Notes: generated from the letters alone by a model not told the origin. DNA of 64,000 bases from a bacterium (GCA_030704665.1 JAUYID010000009.1:330460-394459), one strand, 5' to 3'. Shown: positions 51,737-62,288, numbered from the stretch's first letter. Program-made: numbers and translations.

Positions 51737-52978
51737 TTGTGGGGGGAACAGATTAAAAGATTCTTTCCGAGTATTGTCACGAATATAGATTTTCTCAAGC
51801 TCTGGTTGGCGCAGATTACTTCGCAAATAGGTTTGAACGCGCTCTATTTTATTTTAGCTCTCAAAGTTTATGAGCAAACTCAGGGCTCTAATACCGCGGT
51901 TAGTTTGTTGATTTTAGCTTTTACCGTTCCTTCCGTGTTCTTTGGTTATTTGGCCGGAGTCTTGGTTGACCATCAAGATTTAAAAAAAGTTTTGATTTAT
52001 ACCAATCTTTTCCGTGCTTTGGTCGTCTTCGGTCTTTTGTTTGTTTACACCAATATTTTTTTCATCTACGGCCTAGTCTTACTTTTGGCTTTGGTGACTC
52101 TTTTCTTTTTGCCAGCTGAGGGATCTGCTTTGCCGGCCTTGGTAAAAGAAAAAAAGGATCTGATTTCAGCAAATTCTCTTTTTACACTCACTCTTCAAGG
52201 AGCGCTCATAATTGGCTTTGTTGCCGCCGGCCCTTTACTTTCTTTACTTGGAGAGACAACTACTTTGATCGTTCTGGTCGCTTTCTTTTTGATTGCACTG
52301 GCCTGTGTTTGGTTTTTGCCTGATTCAATCAGATCGATTGAAGAAAAAGAGGGAGTGAGTTCGTGGCGCAGTTTTCTTGATGGTATCATCTTCTTTTTCA
52401 AGACTCGTTCCGTCCGAGACGCTATTTTTTTCTTGACCAGTACACAGGCGATTACTTTGGTTTTGGCAACAATCGCTCCGGGCTTTGTTGATCGAGTTTT
52501 GGATTTGGATGTTCGCTTGACTAGTCTAGTTTTGGTAGCACCGGCGGCAGTGGGAATGATTGTCGGGTCGGTTTTTTTGAGTCATCGTGCCGGCAAACAC
52601 AAAGAGGCAGTTTTGGTGACTTGGGGACTATTCGTGGCTGGTATTTCCTTTTCGGCTCTGTCTGTGCTGGAAAGAGTAAAGCTGAGCAATTTCATTTTTC
52701 TCTTGGCAATTTTGTTCATTGTTTTGCTTGGTGTGGCGGCGTCTTTGATCACTATACCAGCAACAACTGAGCTTCAACACGACACTCCTGAGCGGTTTCG
52801 GGGGCGAGCCTATGGGATACTAGGAACGTTTGTTAGTGGGGTCTCGGCCCTGCCGGTGATTTTGGCTGGAGCGATTGGGGACACTTTTGGTGTGCGCTCG
52901 GTGATGATTGCTATGGCTATCGTCACCATCGCGGCTGGTGTTTACCGTTTGCGGGGAAAAAGTTATACTGAAGGTTAG
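51737..52978 (+). CDS. MFS transporter (12 TM)
   Basis: 413-aa hydrophobic ORF with MFS-like repeats; no substrate assignable. Confidence 0.75.
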   Translation: MWGEQIKRFFPSIVTNIDFLKLWLAQITSQIGLNALYFILALKVYEQTQGSNTAVSLLILAFTVPSVFFGYLAGVLVDHQDLKKVLIYTNLFRALVVFGLLFVYTNIFFIYGLVLLLALVTLFFLPAEGSALPALVKEKKDLISANSLFTLTLQGALIIGFVAAGPLLSLLGETTTLIVLVAFFLIALACVWFLPDSIRSIEEKEGVSSWRSFLDGIIFFFKTRSVRDAIFFLTSTQAITLVLATIAPGFVDRVLDLDVRLTSLVLVAPAAVGMIVGSVFLSHRAGKHKEAVLVTWGLFVAGISFSALSVLERVKLSNFIFLLAILFIVLLGVAASLITIPATTELQHDTPERFRGRAYGILGTFVSGVSALPVILAGAIGDTFGVRSVMIAMAIVTIAAGVYRLRGKSYTEG

Positions 52979-52983
52979 TAAAA

Positions 52984-53811
52984 ATGTTACCAATACTTTT
53001 TAAGCTCGGACCGTTTTCAATTTACTCTTACGGATTTTTTTTGACACTAGCTTATTTGGCCGGGACTTTCTTTTTCTGGCGAGAAGGAAAAAAAAGGGGC
53101 TTTAGCGAGGAGAAACTTCTGGATCTTTCGGTCCTGGCCCTTTTGGCTGCTCTCGTTGGAGGGAGGATTCTTTACGTTTTAATAAACTGGAATCTTTTCT
53201 CTTTAGATCCAAAATCAAGCCTTTTTCTTTGGCAAGGAGGCTTTGCCTATTTTGGGTCTTTGTTCGCGGCTGTGGTTGTGGTTTGGTATTTTGTGCGAGC
53301 CTGGAAGTGGCCTTTTTTTCAGATCGCTGATCTGGGAGCAATTGCCGCGGCTCTGAGTTTTACAATTGGTAAGTTCGGGACCTTTCTGGCGGGAACTGAT
53401 TATGGTAGCCAAACCAATTTACCTTGGGGTGTAGTCTTTCCAAACTTAGTTGGTTCGCGCCACCCGGTCCAACTTTACGAAGCTTTTGTGAGTTTGCTTA
53501 TTCTCTTTTTTCTGATTCGTCTTTACTTCAAAAATATTGAAAAAAGCGGGAGCATGCGTTCGGGAGTGGTCTTTTTTGACTACTTAATACTTTCCGGGGT
53601 CGCTCGGCTCGTTTTGGAGTTTTTCAGAGCTGACTCAGACTTTGTTGCCGGAGTTGCTTTAGCACAAATTCTTAGTTTAATCGTTGCAACAGTAGGAGCA
53701 GTTTGCTTATACTATTTCGGGTTGCGCAATCTGCGGACCGATCTAAGGGTCGTCCTGAAAAGATTGAGCAACCTTGATTTTAAATTAAGAGGAGTTCTAA
53801 CAAGGAGGTAG
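52984..53811 (+). CDS. lgt: Prolipoprotein diacylglyceryl transferase
   Basis: SIYSYGFFLTLAYLAG…, GGRIL, LPWGVVFP signature segments of Lgt. Confidence 0.85.
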   Translation: MLPILFKLGPFSIYSYGFFLTLAYLAGTFFFWREGKKRGFSEEKLLDLSVLALLAALVGGRILYVLINWNLFSLDPKSSLFLWQGGFAYFGSLFAAVVVVWYFVRAWKWPFFQIADLGAIAAALSFTIGKFGTFLAGTDYGSQTNLPWGVVFPNLVGSRHPVQLYEAFVSLLILFFLIRLYFKNIEKSGSMRSGVVFFDYLILSGVARLVLEFFRADSDFVAGVALAQILSLIVATVGAVCLYYFGLRNLRTDLRVVLKRLSNLDFKLRGVLTRR

Positions 53812-53812
53812 T

Positions 53813-54151
53813 GTGCAAATTCCGGTCCAGAAGAGCAAGCTAGAGAGTGGAAAAGCCAAACTGCTAAAACAACTTGATCACTACAAAAAGGAAGACCCAT
53901 ATCTGATTCCCGATCGGCAAAGCTCGAACACTGTCGATGATGATATAACTGAGATAGAGGGTCACGACCGTATCACGGCGACGAGAATTGCTTTGGAAAC
54001 AGATCTGAAGGCAGTTGAAGAAGCTTTGGGACGTATTAAAGACGGTACTTACGGAAATTGTCAGAATTGCGGGAAAAAGATCGAAGAGAATAGATTGAGT
54101 ATTATGACCACCGCAAAATTTTGCTTGGATTGTCAGGAAAAGCGCAAGTAG
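53813..54151 (+). CDS. DksA/TraR-family C4 zinc-finger protein
   Basis: C-terminal CQNCGKKIEENRL…CLDCQ four-Cys finger preceded by a coiled-coil. GTG start directly after the lgt stop. Confidence 0.65.
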   Translation: MQIPVQKSKLESGKAKLLKQLDHYKKEDPYLIPDRQSSNTVDDDITEIEGHDRITATRIALETDLKAVEEALGRIKDGTYGNCQNCGKKIEENRLSIMTTAKFCLDCQEKRK

Positions 54152-54216
54152 GTCGTTAGATAAACTTGTTGGTTTCCGCAGAGTTTGTGGTAAAATTCCT
54201 TATGAGGAGGATTTAA

Positions 54217-54609
54217 ATGGCACAGAAGATATTGGTAGTTGAAGACGATCAATTTTTGAGAGAACTCTACGACGAACTTCTTTCAGGAGAGGGTTATGAG
54301 GTAAGTGTGGCCGCCGACGGTCAAGAAGGTTTTGATAAAGTTTCCGCTGGTGGTTTTGACCTAGTTTTACTTGATATTATGCTGCCAAAAATTGATGGTC
54401 TGGAAGTACTACGCAAACTAAAAGAAACTCCTCCAAAACAAGCAAACGGTCCCACGGTTTTGCTGACCAATTTGGGTCAAGACTCGATCATCAAAGAAGG
54501 TTTTTCTTTGGGTGCGGCGGGTTATCTAATAAAATCAGCTATGAACCCAGACCAAGTTCTCAATGAGGTAAAAGTATTTTTAAGTAAGAGTAACATCAGC
54601 CACAAATGA
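54217..54609 (+). CDS. Stand-alone response-regulator receiver domain (CheY-like)
   Basis: ILVVEDD…, phospho-acceptor D in LVLLDIMLP, T/K positions conserved. No output domain; no histidine kinase in the window. Confidence 0.75.
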   Translation: MAQKILVVEDDQFLRELYDELLSGEGYEVSVAADGQEGFDKVSAGGFDLVLLDIMLPKIDGLEVLRKLKETPPKQANGPTVLLTNLGQDSIIKEGFSLGAAGYLIKSAMNPDQVLNEVKVFLSKSNISHK

Positions 54610-54663
54610 TACTTTTTCAGGTCTTTTTAATGTCTACCATTCTGTCAGCCAAAGAATAAGAAG

Positions 54664-55566
54664 ATGCAGATTTTTAAAGTTCGAGTTAAGCCTGTCGAAG
54701 ACAGACTAGACCGTTTTTTGGCTTCGCAAACGAAAAACCTCTCCCGTTCCAAAATCCAAAAGCTGATCGTTGAGGGAAAAATCTTGGTGAACAAAAAAGG
54801 GGTCGGCCAAAACTACAAGATTCATTCAGGAGATACCATTACCCTGAATTTACCTCCCCCAAAAGACACTGAGATTAAAGCTGAAGATATGCCCGTAAAA
54901 GTTCTCTATGAGGATTCAGATTTGCTAGTTATCGAAAAAGAATCTGGAGTTGTTGTCCATCCAACTTCTGATCACACTTCCGGAACTATTGTAAACTGGC
55001 TTCTTTTTCACACAAAAAATTTGGCTGTGGCCGAGGAGGGGATTCGTCCTGGTGTTGTCCACCGCCTGGACAAAGGTACCTCAGGGCTACTTATTCTTGG
55101 CAAAAATTCACAAACAACGCAGGAGCTTAAAAAACAGTTTGCGGCGAGACAAGTGACCAAAAAGTACACCGCCTTGGTGATCGGAGAAATGGCTAAACCT
55201 TTTGGTAGTATCAAAACTAATATTGGTCGCCATCCGCGCTCTTTCCAGAAATTTGCTGTTCTGGAAGCGGGAAAAGAAGCTGAAACAGACTACCGTGTTG
55301 TGAAACAATTTCAAGGCTTTACCCTTGTCTCTGTTTTTCCCAAGACTGGTCGCACCCATCAAATCCGTGTTCATCTTTCTTCAATTGGCTTTCCGATCGT
55401 CGGGGACAAGCTATATGGGGCGCCGGCGGACTTGGGGAGACTATTTTTACACGCCAGTGAAATTGAATTTAGCCACCCAAGGACCGGAAAAATCTTGAAA
55501 TTCTTTTCCGAACTGCCAGACGCTTTGCAAGCTTATTTAGATGGGTTATCATTAAAGAAAGACTAA
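54664..55566 (+). CDS. RluA-family 23S rRNA pseudouridine synthase (RluD-like, N-terminal S4 domain)
   Basis: S4 (RLDRFLASQ…SRSKIQKLI), catalytic HRLDKGTSGLLIL motif. Confidence 0.85.
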   Translation: MQIFKVRVKPVEDRLDRFLASQTKNLSRSKIQKLIVEGKILVNKKGVGQNYKIHSGDTITLNLPPPKDTEIKAEDMPVKVLYEDSDLLVIEKESGVVVHPTSDHTSGTIVNWLLFHTKNLAVAEEGIRPGVVHRLDKGTSGLLILGKNSQTTQELKKQFAARQVTKKYTALVIGEMAKPFGSIKTNIGRHPRSFQKFAVLEAGKEAETDYRVVKQFQGFTLVSVFPKTGRTHQIRVHLSSIGFPIVGDKLYGAPADLGRLFLHASEIEFSHPRTGKILKFFSELPDALQAYLDGLSLKKD

Positions 55567-57264
55567 ATGGAAACTTCCTCTGCCTTTTTCTTGATCGGGA
55601 TCATTATTGCTTTAGCTGCCTTTCTCGGGGCCTGGGCTAGTTTCCTCAAACAGCCAATCTTTATTGCCTATATAGTGGCTGGTTTGATTGCGGGGCGTCT
55701 TATTTTTGGCAGTGCGCAAAATGTCGAGATCTTCAACCTTTTACGTGATTTAGGCTTGTCCTTTGTTCTTTTTCTGGTTGGTTTGGATATACGGACCAAA
55801 GAGTTGCGACGTTTTGGCTTTCCGGCCTTTAAAGCTGGTCTTGGTCAAGTCTTGGTCACCGCGGTTGGGGGTTTTCTCGTTGCTAATCTTCTTGGGTTTG
55901 GCGGAACTTCTGCTCTTTATATTGGAATAGCCCTCGCTTTTTCAAGTACGATTGTGACGGTAAAACTTTTGCTTGAGAAAAGGGATTTTGACTCTCTCTA
56001 CGGCGGTTTGACCGTGACAATGCTTTTGCTGCAGGACTTACTCGCCATTTTCACCCTTATTTTTATTTCAAGTTTTTCGGCTGGAAGCTCTTCTTTTCTT
56101 GATATTTTCATCACTGCCACGGTTGGGGCAATCTTTTTGGGAGTTGGGTATTTTCTCAACCAAAATATTTTGCCCTATATTTTCGAAAGAATTGCTTATC
56201 ACAGTGAGCTGCTCTTTATTGGTGCCTTGGCTTGGCTTTTCATCGTCGCTGCCGCAGCCTCCTTCGCTGGGTTTTCTATTGAAATTGGGGCTTTCTTGGC
56301 CGGAGTTGGTTTGGCGAATTTGCCGCAAGAGCATCAAATCGCGGCTCGGGTACGACCTTTGCGTGATTTTTTCATTCTAATCTTCTTTATTTTGATAGGG
56401 GCTAGGCTTGCTCTAGTTGATATAGGTTCAATAATTTTTCCCGCGGTGGTACTTTCACTTTTGGTTCTTCTGCTTAAACCTCTCTCAACAATGTTTTTTC
56501 TATCTCGTCAAGGTTTTCAGGCTAGAACTAGCTTTTTGAGTGGTATTTCGATTGCTCAGGTCAGTGAATTTTCTCTAGTGATTCTTTATTTAGGACAGAA
56601 GGTCGGTCAAATTTCGCAGGAAGTGGTTGGAGTCGTGACACTTTCCGCGCTGATCACGATTGCCGTGAGTTCGTATTTAGTCAAAAATTCCAATCGGGTC
56701 TATCGCCTTCTGATGAAGTATTTGACCTTTTTTGAACCCAAACACAGGCTTGTAGAGCCTAGAAAGAGTAGTGAGTTACGGGAGCATTTTGTTTTGGTTG
56801 GTTTAGGACGGCTGGGGTGGGATATTTTGAAGACTTTGAAAAAACACGGGGAAAAAGTTTTGGTAGTTGATTTTAATCCAGCGGTGATTGAGAAACTCGA
56901 TGAAGAAGGAACTGACTGTCTTTTCGGGGATATAACCGATCCGGAAATTCAAAAGGGCGCCAATATCAGTTCGGCCAAGATGGTAATTTCTACTGTCTTC
57001 GATCCAGAGGACACAGAGGAACTTCTTGATCTAGTGAGCAAACTGGAAATAAAAGTTCCGGTAGTAGTCACGGCAGCTACGGAGATCAAAGGTATTGATT
57101 TTTACAAGTCCGGTGCTTCCTACGTTATCGTTCCTAGAGTCATCTCAAGTAAGGTCGTTTCAAGTTTACTTTCCGGAGAAAACTTGAAGGAAATTGTTTC
57201 TGGTGAAGCTAGGATTGAGCAAATTGAGTTGCTTTCTGATCGTATCAAGGATCGTACTGGTTAA
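55567..57264 (+). CDS. CPA2-family cation:proton antiporter (Kef/NapA-like) with C-terminal TrkA-N/RCK domain
   Basis: About 11 TM segments; HFVLVGLGRLGWDILKTL Rossmann motif of RCK/TrkA-N. Confidence 0.8.
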   Translation: METSSAFFLIGIIIALAAFLGAWASFLKQPIFIAYIVAGLIAGRLIFGSAQNVEIFNLLRDLGLSFVLFLVGLDIRTKELRRFGFPAFKAGLGQVLVTAVGGFLVANLLGFGGTSALYIGIALAFSSTIVTVKLLLEKRDFDSLYGGLTVTMLLLQDLLAIFTLIFISSFSAGSSSFLDIFITATVGAIFLGVGYFLNQNILPYIFERIAYHSELLFIGALAWLFIVAAAASFAGFSIEIGAFLAGVGLANLPQEHQIAARVRPLRDFFILIFFILIGARLALVDIGSIIFPAVVLSLLVLLLKPLSTMFFLSRQGFQARTSFLSGISIAQVSEFSLVILYLGQKVGQISQEVVGVVTLSALITIAVSSYLVKNSNRVYRLLMKYLTFFEPKHRLVEPRKSSELREHFVLVGLGRLGWDILKTLKKHGEKVLVVDFNPAVIEKLDEEGTDCLFGDITDPEIQKGANISSAKMVISTVFDPEDTEELLDLVSKLEIKVPVVVTAATEIKGIDFYKSGASYVIVPRVISSKVVSSLLSGENLKEIVSGEARIEQIELLSDRIKDRTG

Positions 57265-57269
57265 AAAGT

Positions 57270-57968
57270 TTACTGCTCTTTTTTGATAAGGCTTTGGTAT
57301 TCGAATTTTAGAATCGAGTTGATTTTGTTCACGTCTAGATTTTTTGGATAAGTTTCGTAGCGGAACTTGTTTTGTTCCCAGTTTACTTTTTCAGCTCTCG
57401 AGCTAGAAATCTCTAAAGTCATTGCTGGAGTAGTGGATTGGCCTTGAGAATCAATGATACCAGTAGCGTAGAGGATTAAAGTCAGCTTTTCTACTTCTTT
57501 GATATTGAAAACCCTACCGGCGAAATCTGCAAAATTTTGATAGCCAGTCTTTAAAATGGTCAACTTGTCAGTTTCGTTGATAGTGTAGCGAAAGGTGGCT
57601 GTTCCATCAATCAAGGTGATTTCTTTGAGGAAGTCAGGGGCACCAACGATTTCATTGTAAGCTTTGTTTAGTTGAGCTTGAGGGGTTTTTTCTCGTTGAG
57701 CAGCCTCAGAAGCTTCTTTTTGCCTTTGTTTTTCCAACTCAATATTTTGTTCAGGGTTGGTATCAGGAAGAGTGTCAGGTGGAGGTTTTAAGAGTAGAGA
57801 AAGCAAAGACCAAATGAGAATTACCACCAAAATGAGGATAAAAAATAGCAAAGAAGCGGCGAGACCGATCTTTAATGTGTCCGGCTTGGAAATTGGCTGT
57901 TTGGTGGCAGGGTCGACTTTAGCCTTATAAAAGTATTTTTTTAACAAGATCGACCAAGTACTAGGCAT
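57270..57968 (-). CDS. Hypothetical membrane-anchored protein with Glu/Lys-rich coiled region
   Basis: 232-aa ORF; TM ASLLFFILILVVILIWSLLSLLL. Confidence 0.45.
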   Translation of the reverse strand: MPSTWSILLKKYFYKAKVDPATKQPISKPDTLKIGLAASLLFFILILVVILIWSLLSLLLKPPPDTLPDTNPEQNIELEKQRQKEASEAAQREKTPQAQLNKAYNEIVGAPDFLKEITLIDGTATFRYTINETDKLTILKTGYQNFADFAGRVFNIKEVEKLTLILYATGIIDSQGQSTTPAMTLEISSSRAEKVNWEQNKFRYETYPKNLDVNKINSILKFEYQSLIKKEQ

Positions 57969-58043
57969 TGCTTCTATGTTAAGTTCTTCTGCCTTTGGCT
58001 GTCAAGCAAACCTGTGCTAAACTAAAAGCCTTAAAGGAAAGAA

Positions 58044-59063
58044 GTGGAAAACTCTCCCAGCGAAAAAAATTTAAAATCAGTAAACCCGGTTAGAAATAGG
58101 AAAAAAATCTATTGGCGGGTCTTTCTTTTTATTATCCTGATCTTTTTCTTGGCCAATCTGGTTCTGCAGGTACTGCGTTTGGTTGGGGCGATCCAGAAGC
58201 CCTTTCCCTCTTTGGCAGGTGCTTTTGCCAGTGAAAAAAGACTCGATCTAAAACAGAAATCGAATCTTTTGCTTCTGAGGTATTCTGCGGAGAAGACCCT
58301 ACAAGAAAGCTGGGTATTAAGCTACGAGAACTCCTCAAGGCAGCTCCACTTCTTCAAACTTCCTCACCAAGCTTCTTTAGCAAATGAGGAAAAGAGTTTG
58401 AGTGAGGTTTTTTCCGCAAGTTTCGACCAAAACTTCTGGCTCAGCGCCAACCTGATTGGTGCACCGCTCGATGGTTATCTGGCCTTTCGAGATCTTGAAG
58501 CGTTCTCAAAAGAGGCCTTCTTAGAATCGAGAAGGGAACTTTTCTCTTTATCCTTCTTTTTCAATTTTTTTGGACAAAAGGCTTGGCTTGATCAGCACCT
58601 TGCGACGAACCTGTCTAGCAGCCAACTGATCGGTGTCGCTCGAATTTTTAAAGCAGTCAGTCTGGACAAAATAGATTTTACTGATTTGTCCGGTTTCGCC
58701 GAAAAAGGAGTTGTCGAAGCAGAGAAGATTGATCGGGAAATCGGCTCTTTATTGATTGATCCGGACATCGCAGAGGAAAATTCCTTAGTAAAGATTGTCA
58801 ACGGTAGTGGGGTTGCTGGGTTAGGCAGCAACTTAAAACGGATTGTAACTAATTTGGGTGGAAGATCTTTGACAGTTGAGTCCGGTAATGAAAAAATGAC
58901 AAAAGTTTTGGCGGTTGATGAAGACAGCAAGCTAGCCAGAAGAATAGCGGGATTTTTGGGAGTTGGGGTAAGCAAAACAAACCAAACCTCTGAAGCCGAG
59001 GTGGAGATATTTCTAGGTTCAGATTTGGCTGAAAGACTAAGCCTAGCTAGCCTCAAGAAGTAA
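58044..59063 (+). CDS. LytR-CpsA-Psr (LCP)-like cell-envelope protein with C-terminal LytR_C domain
   Basis: N-terminal TM, degenerate LCP core, C-terminal VKIVNGSGVAGLGSNLKRIVTNLGGRSL typical of LytR_C. Confidence 0.5.
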   Translation: MENSPSEKNLKSVNPVRNRKKIYWRVFLFIILIFFLANLVLQVLRLVGAIQKPFPSLAGAFASEKRLDLKQKSNLLLLRYSAEKTLQESWVLSYENSSRQLHFFKLPHQASLANEEKSLSEVFSASFDQNFWLSANLIGAPLDGYLAFRDLEAFSKEAFLESRRELFSLSFFFNFFGQKAWLDQHLATNLSSSQLIGVARIFKAVSLDKIDFTDLSGFAEKGVVEAEKIDREIGSLLIDPDIAEENSLVKIVNGSGVAGLGSNLKRIVTNLGGRSLTVESGNEKMTKVLAVDEDSKLARRIAGFLGVGVSKTNQTSEAEVEIFLGSDLAERLSLASLKK

Positions 59064-59073
59064 AACAGAAATA

Positions 59074-59191
59074 TTGACTTTTTGAGCTCTTTGTGGTAGT
59101 ATATTAAACGATCTCTCTCCTTTCTTCCGAGGAGGGGCCAAAATAGCCTCTCCTAATTTGAGAAAACCCCTTCGGGGGTTTTCTCGTTTTT
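59074..59191 (+). ncRNA. Candidate small RNA: promoter TTGACT-17-TAGTAT, ~80-nt transcript with internal hairpin GGAGGGGC/GCCUCUCC and intrinsic terminator AAAACCCC-ttcg-GGGGTTTTCTCGTTTTT
   Basis: All elements read directly. A second promoter (TTGACT-16-TAAAAT) further downstream likely serves the 982-aa ATPase gene, so the short transcript would be independent. Confidence 0.4.
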
Positions 59192-59339
59192 AGAGGCAAA
59201 AAACTCGAAATTTTTCTGAAGCTGAGACAAAGACTTTCAAGATTGACTCCGAACGTGATTTAGGTTAAAATCCTTCTCATGAGGAGAAAAATAAAAAGGG
59301 AGGGTCGCCTGTCAGCTTGGCAGGGAAAGAGACAATAAA

Positions 59340-62288
59340 ATGGCTCCATTGTACTTTCTTGCGATCATAGTGATTTTGGCGATTTGTTTCTTCTTTGCTT
59401 GGAGAGCGGCGCGCAGAATTGAGATTGGTGACCGCAAGTCGCAAATACAACAAGGTATTCTACTTTCAATCCAACTCCCAAAAGAAAACGAAAAACTTCC
59501 GGTGGCGGCCGAACAGATGTTCGCGTCTCTTCATGGTTTGTTACGGTTTACCCCGGATGCCCAAGAGCATATTTCTTTGGAAATGGCTTCGTCGGTGGAT
59601 GGTTTACGATTTTATGTCTATACTCCAACTGAGTTTAAAAGTTTTGTTGAGAGTCAAATTTACGCTCAATACCCAACTGCTGAAATTCGCGAGGCTGTCG
59701 ACTACACCAAAAGTATCGGGGACAACTCCCACGTGGCGGCTTCTGAGATAACTTTAAGCAAAGACTTCATTTTTCCCATTAAAACTTTCCGAGATTTTGA
59801 AGTTGATCCGCTCGCAGCGATTACAAGTGCCCTTTCTTCCTTGGGAAATAGTGAGCAACTTTGGTTACAAATACTAGTTCGTCCTGTTGATGACTTTTGG
59901 CAGGACCGCGGCCATGAATACGTAAAACTAGTTAGAGAAGGAACTCACCCGGTTAGTATCAACCCACAAGACATAATTATTGATGTTGGAAAACAAATAG
60001 TTTCTGTTGGAGCGAATATTTTCCCTTATATCGCCAAAGGCCCAACTCCAGTCGACCCTCATCCCGGGCCGGTCCGGACACCACCGCCTCCAAGGCTCTC
60101 CGCCGGCCAAGAACTCGAGCTCAAAATGATTGAAAACAAACTTTCTAAGATAGGTTTTGAGACCAAAATACGAGCTGTGGCTGTAGCGCAAAGTGAAGAT
60201 TCCGCCCGCCAAAAACTAGGAGGAATACTTGGCGCCTTTAAGCAGTTTACGACGGCAAATTTGAACGGGTTTATAGCTGACTCAGATTCTCCTTCCTCCT
60301 CTGCTGTTGTCACCAGTTTTCAACAGCGCTCTTTCCCAGAGAAAGAGAGTGGAGACTTTATTCTTGACATTGAGGAGTTGGCCTCTATTTTCCACTTACC
60401 GAACTTGTCAGTTGAAACCCCGACTATTTCTTGGACCCGAGCCAAGAAGGGGGAGCCACCACTCAACCTCCCAACAGAAAACGCTACTCTCTTGGGAGAG
60501 ACTATGTACCGCGACTTAAGTACTAGATTTGGAATCAAAAAAGCAGATCGTCGCAAACACATGTACTTAATCGGAAAAACTGGAGTAGGGAAGTCCACCC
60601 TGATCAAAAATATGATCATTCAGGATATGCGTAATGGTGAAGGTGTTGCAGTCTTGGATCCTCACGGGCAACTTATAGAGGAACTTTTGGAATTTGTACC
60701 GGAAAATCGAATTGATGACGTCGTTATTTTCAACCCAGCCGATGCAGATTATCCGGTCTCTCTCAACATGTTGGAGATGGTGGATCCAAGACAACGAACC
60801 TTAATGGCCGACTCCTTGGTTGATGTCTTTAAAAAATACTTTGCGAACTCTTGGGGACCGCGACTTGAGTATATTTTAAAAAACTGTATTTTGACCCTTC
60901 TTGAGGTTCCGAATACTTCTTTGCTTTCAATTACTCGGCTTTTGACCGATAAAGACTATCGGAAATTTATCGTTGATAAAATTAATGATCCGCAGATGAA
61001 AGCTTTTTGGAGGGACGAGTACGCTCGGATGGAGCAAAACGAAAGATTAATTACTGAGGCTATCAGTCCGATTCAAAATAAAGTAGGGCAGTTTTTAAAT
61101 TCAGAGTTAATCCGCAACATTGTGGGACAAGCCAAGAGTACAATTAAAGTCGACGATATCATTAACAGACGCAAGCTGTTTTTTGTAAACCTAGCCTCGG
61201 GTCGTATTGGAGCCAACAACACGTCTTTGTTGGGAGCGATGATTGTTTCCCAGCTTCAATTTGCAGCCATGCGACGGGTTGATATTCCAGAACAGCAACG
61301 AGTCGATTTCTTTCTTTATGCCGACGAGTTTCAGAGCTTTGCGACTGAGAGTTTTGCCGTTATTCTTTCTGAAGCACGTAAATACCGCCTAGATTTGACT
61401 ATTACCCATCAATATATTGAACAAATGCCTGAAGAAGTGCGCGACGCCATTTTTGGTAACGTTGGTACCTTGATTTGTTTTGGGGTAGGAAATCAAGACG
61501 CTCATTTCCTTGAGAGAGAGTTTTCTCCAGTTTTTTTGGAAAACGACTTTATCAACTTGGGTCGTTTTGAAATGTATTTAAAACTTCAGATTGATGATTT
61601 TTCCTCAACACCGTTTTCGGCCCGCTCTCTGGCTCCTTATACTGATGCAACCAACCTTCACGAGCGAGCGGTTCAGATTTCCAGAATGAACTATTCCAGA
61701 CCAGTTGAGAGGGTAGAGAAGATGATTAAAAAATGGACTGAAACCAAGTTTCGTCTTGGCCAGCCGCCACTTCTTCCGGCCTGGGCAGTTGAGGAGGAAA
61801 AGCAAGCTCTTATTTCCGGACGGGAAATAGACTCTCCGGTTGAAGGAGAAGTTATCCCAACCCTAGAAACTACCACTCCTCCAACGGAACAATCTTTATC
61901 GATCCCGGTTCCTTTGCAAGAACAGCAGGTTAGACTAGAGACGATTCCTGAAACGGGGCCGCTGGGCGTTCCTGAAGTTTCTCAGACACCAGTTTCTGAA
62001 CCAGCGGTGAGTCCACCACTGCCCGTAAGCGAACTAGCTGATTCGGACCAAGAAGAAAAAGTCGAAAAGGCTCCGTCCGTGGGGGCCCAAGTCTCTCAAA
62101 CCAACTTAGAACCTCAGCTCCCAGCGCCTGCAGATCTAGCACCGCCTGTTTTTTCGCGGGAAAATACTGGCCTTGGTTTAGGACAGAGCGTTGGTTCAAG
62201 TGGTGAAGTGGAAATCTTTCGTTTTCCTATCCAACAACCAAGCCAAAAAGAATCAGAGTCAGGCGAAATTTTGATGCCGAGAAGATAA
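59340..62288 (+). CDS. Second membrane-anchored VirD4/TraG/FtsK-HerA-like P-loop NTPase (paralogue of 30926..33418) with a ~180-aa Pro/Glu-rich C-terminal tail
   Basis: Walker A MYLIGKTGVGKSTL; VAVLDPHGQ…VVIFNPADADYPVSLNML; Walker B FFLYADEFQSF; ARKYRLDLTITHQYIEQ…GNVGTLICFGVGNQDAHFL; N-terminal TM. Confidence 0.6.
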   Translation: MAPLYFLAIIVILAICFFFAWRAARRIEIGDRKSQIQQGILLSIQLPKENEKLPVAAEQMFASLHGLLRFTPDAQEHISLEMASSVDGLRFYVYTPTEFKSFVESQIYAQYPTAEIREAVDYTKSIGDNSHVAASEITLSKDFIFPIKTFRDFEVDPLAAITSALSSLGNSEQLWLQILVRPVDDFWQDRGHEYVKLVREGTHPVSINPQDIIIDVGKQIVSVGANIFPYIAKGPTPVDPHPGPVRTPPPPRLSAGQELELKMIENKLSKIGFETKIRAVAVAQSEDSARQKLGGILGAFKQFTTANLNGFIADSDSPSSSAVVTSFQQRSFPEKESGDFILDIEELASIFHLPNLSVETPTISWTRAKKGEPPLNLPTENATLLGETMYRDLSTRFGIKKADRRKHMYLIGKTGVGKSTLIKNMIIQDMRNGEGVAVLDPHGQLIEELLEFVPENRIDDVVIFNPADADYPVSLNMLEMVDPRQRTLMADSLVDVFKKYFANSWGPRLEYILKNCILTLLEVPNTSLLSITRLLTDKDYRKFIVDKINDPQMKAFWRDEYARMEQNERLITEAISPIQNKVGQFLNSELIRNIVGQAKSTIKVDDIINRRKLFFVNLASGRIGANNTSLLGAMIVSQLQFAAMRRVDIPEQQRVDFFLYADEFQSFATESFAVILSEARKYRLDLTITHQYIEQMPEEVRDAIFGNVGTLICFGVGNQDAHFLEREFSPVFLENDFINLGRFEMYLKLQIDDFSSTPFSARSLAPYTDATNLHERAVQISRMNYSRPVERVEKMIKKWTETKFRLGQPPLLPAWAVEEEKQALISGREIDSPVEGEVIPTLETTTPPTEQSLSIPVPLQEQQVRLETIPETGPLGVPEVSQTPVSEPAVSPPLPVSELADSDQEEKVEKAPSVGAQVSQTNLEPQLPAPADLAPPVFSRENTGLGLGQSVGSSGEVEIFRFPIQQPSQKESESGEILMPRR

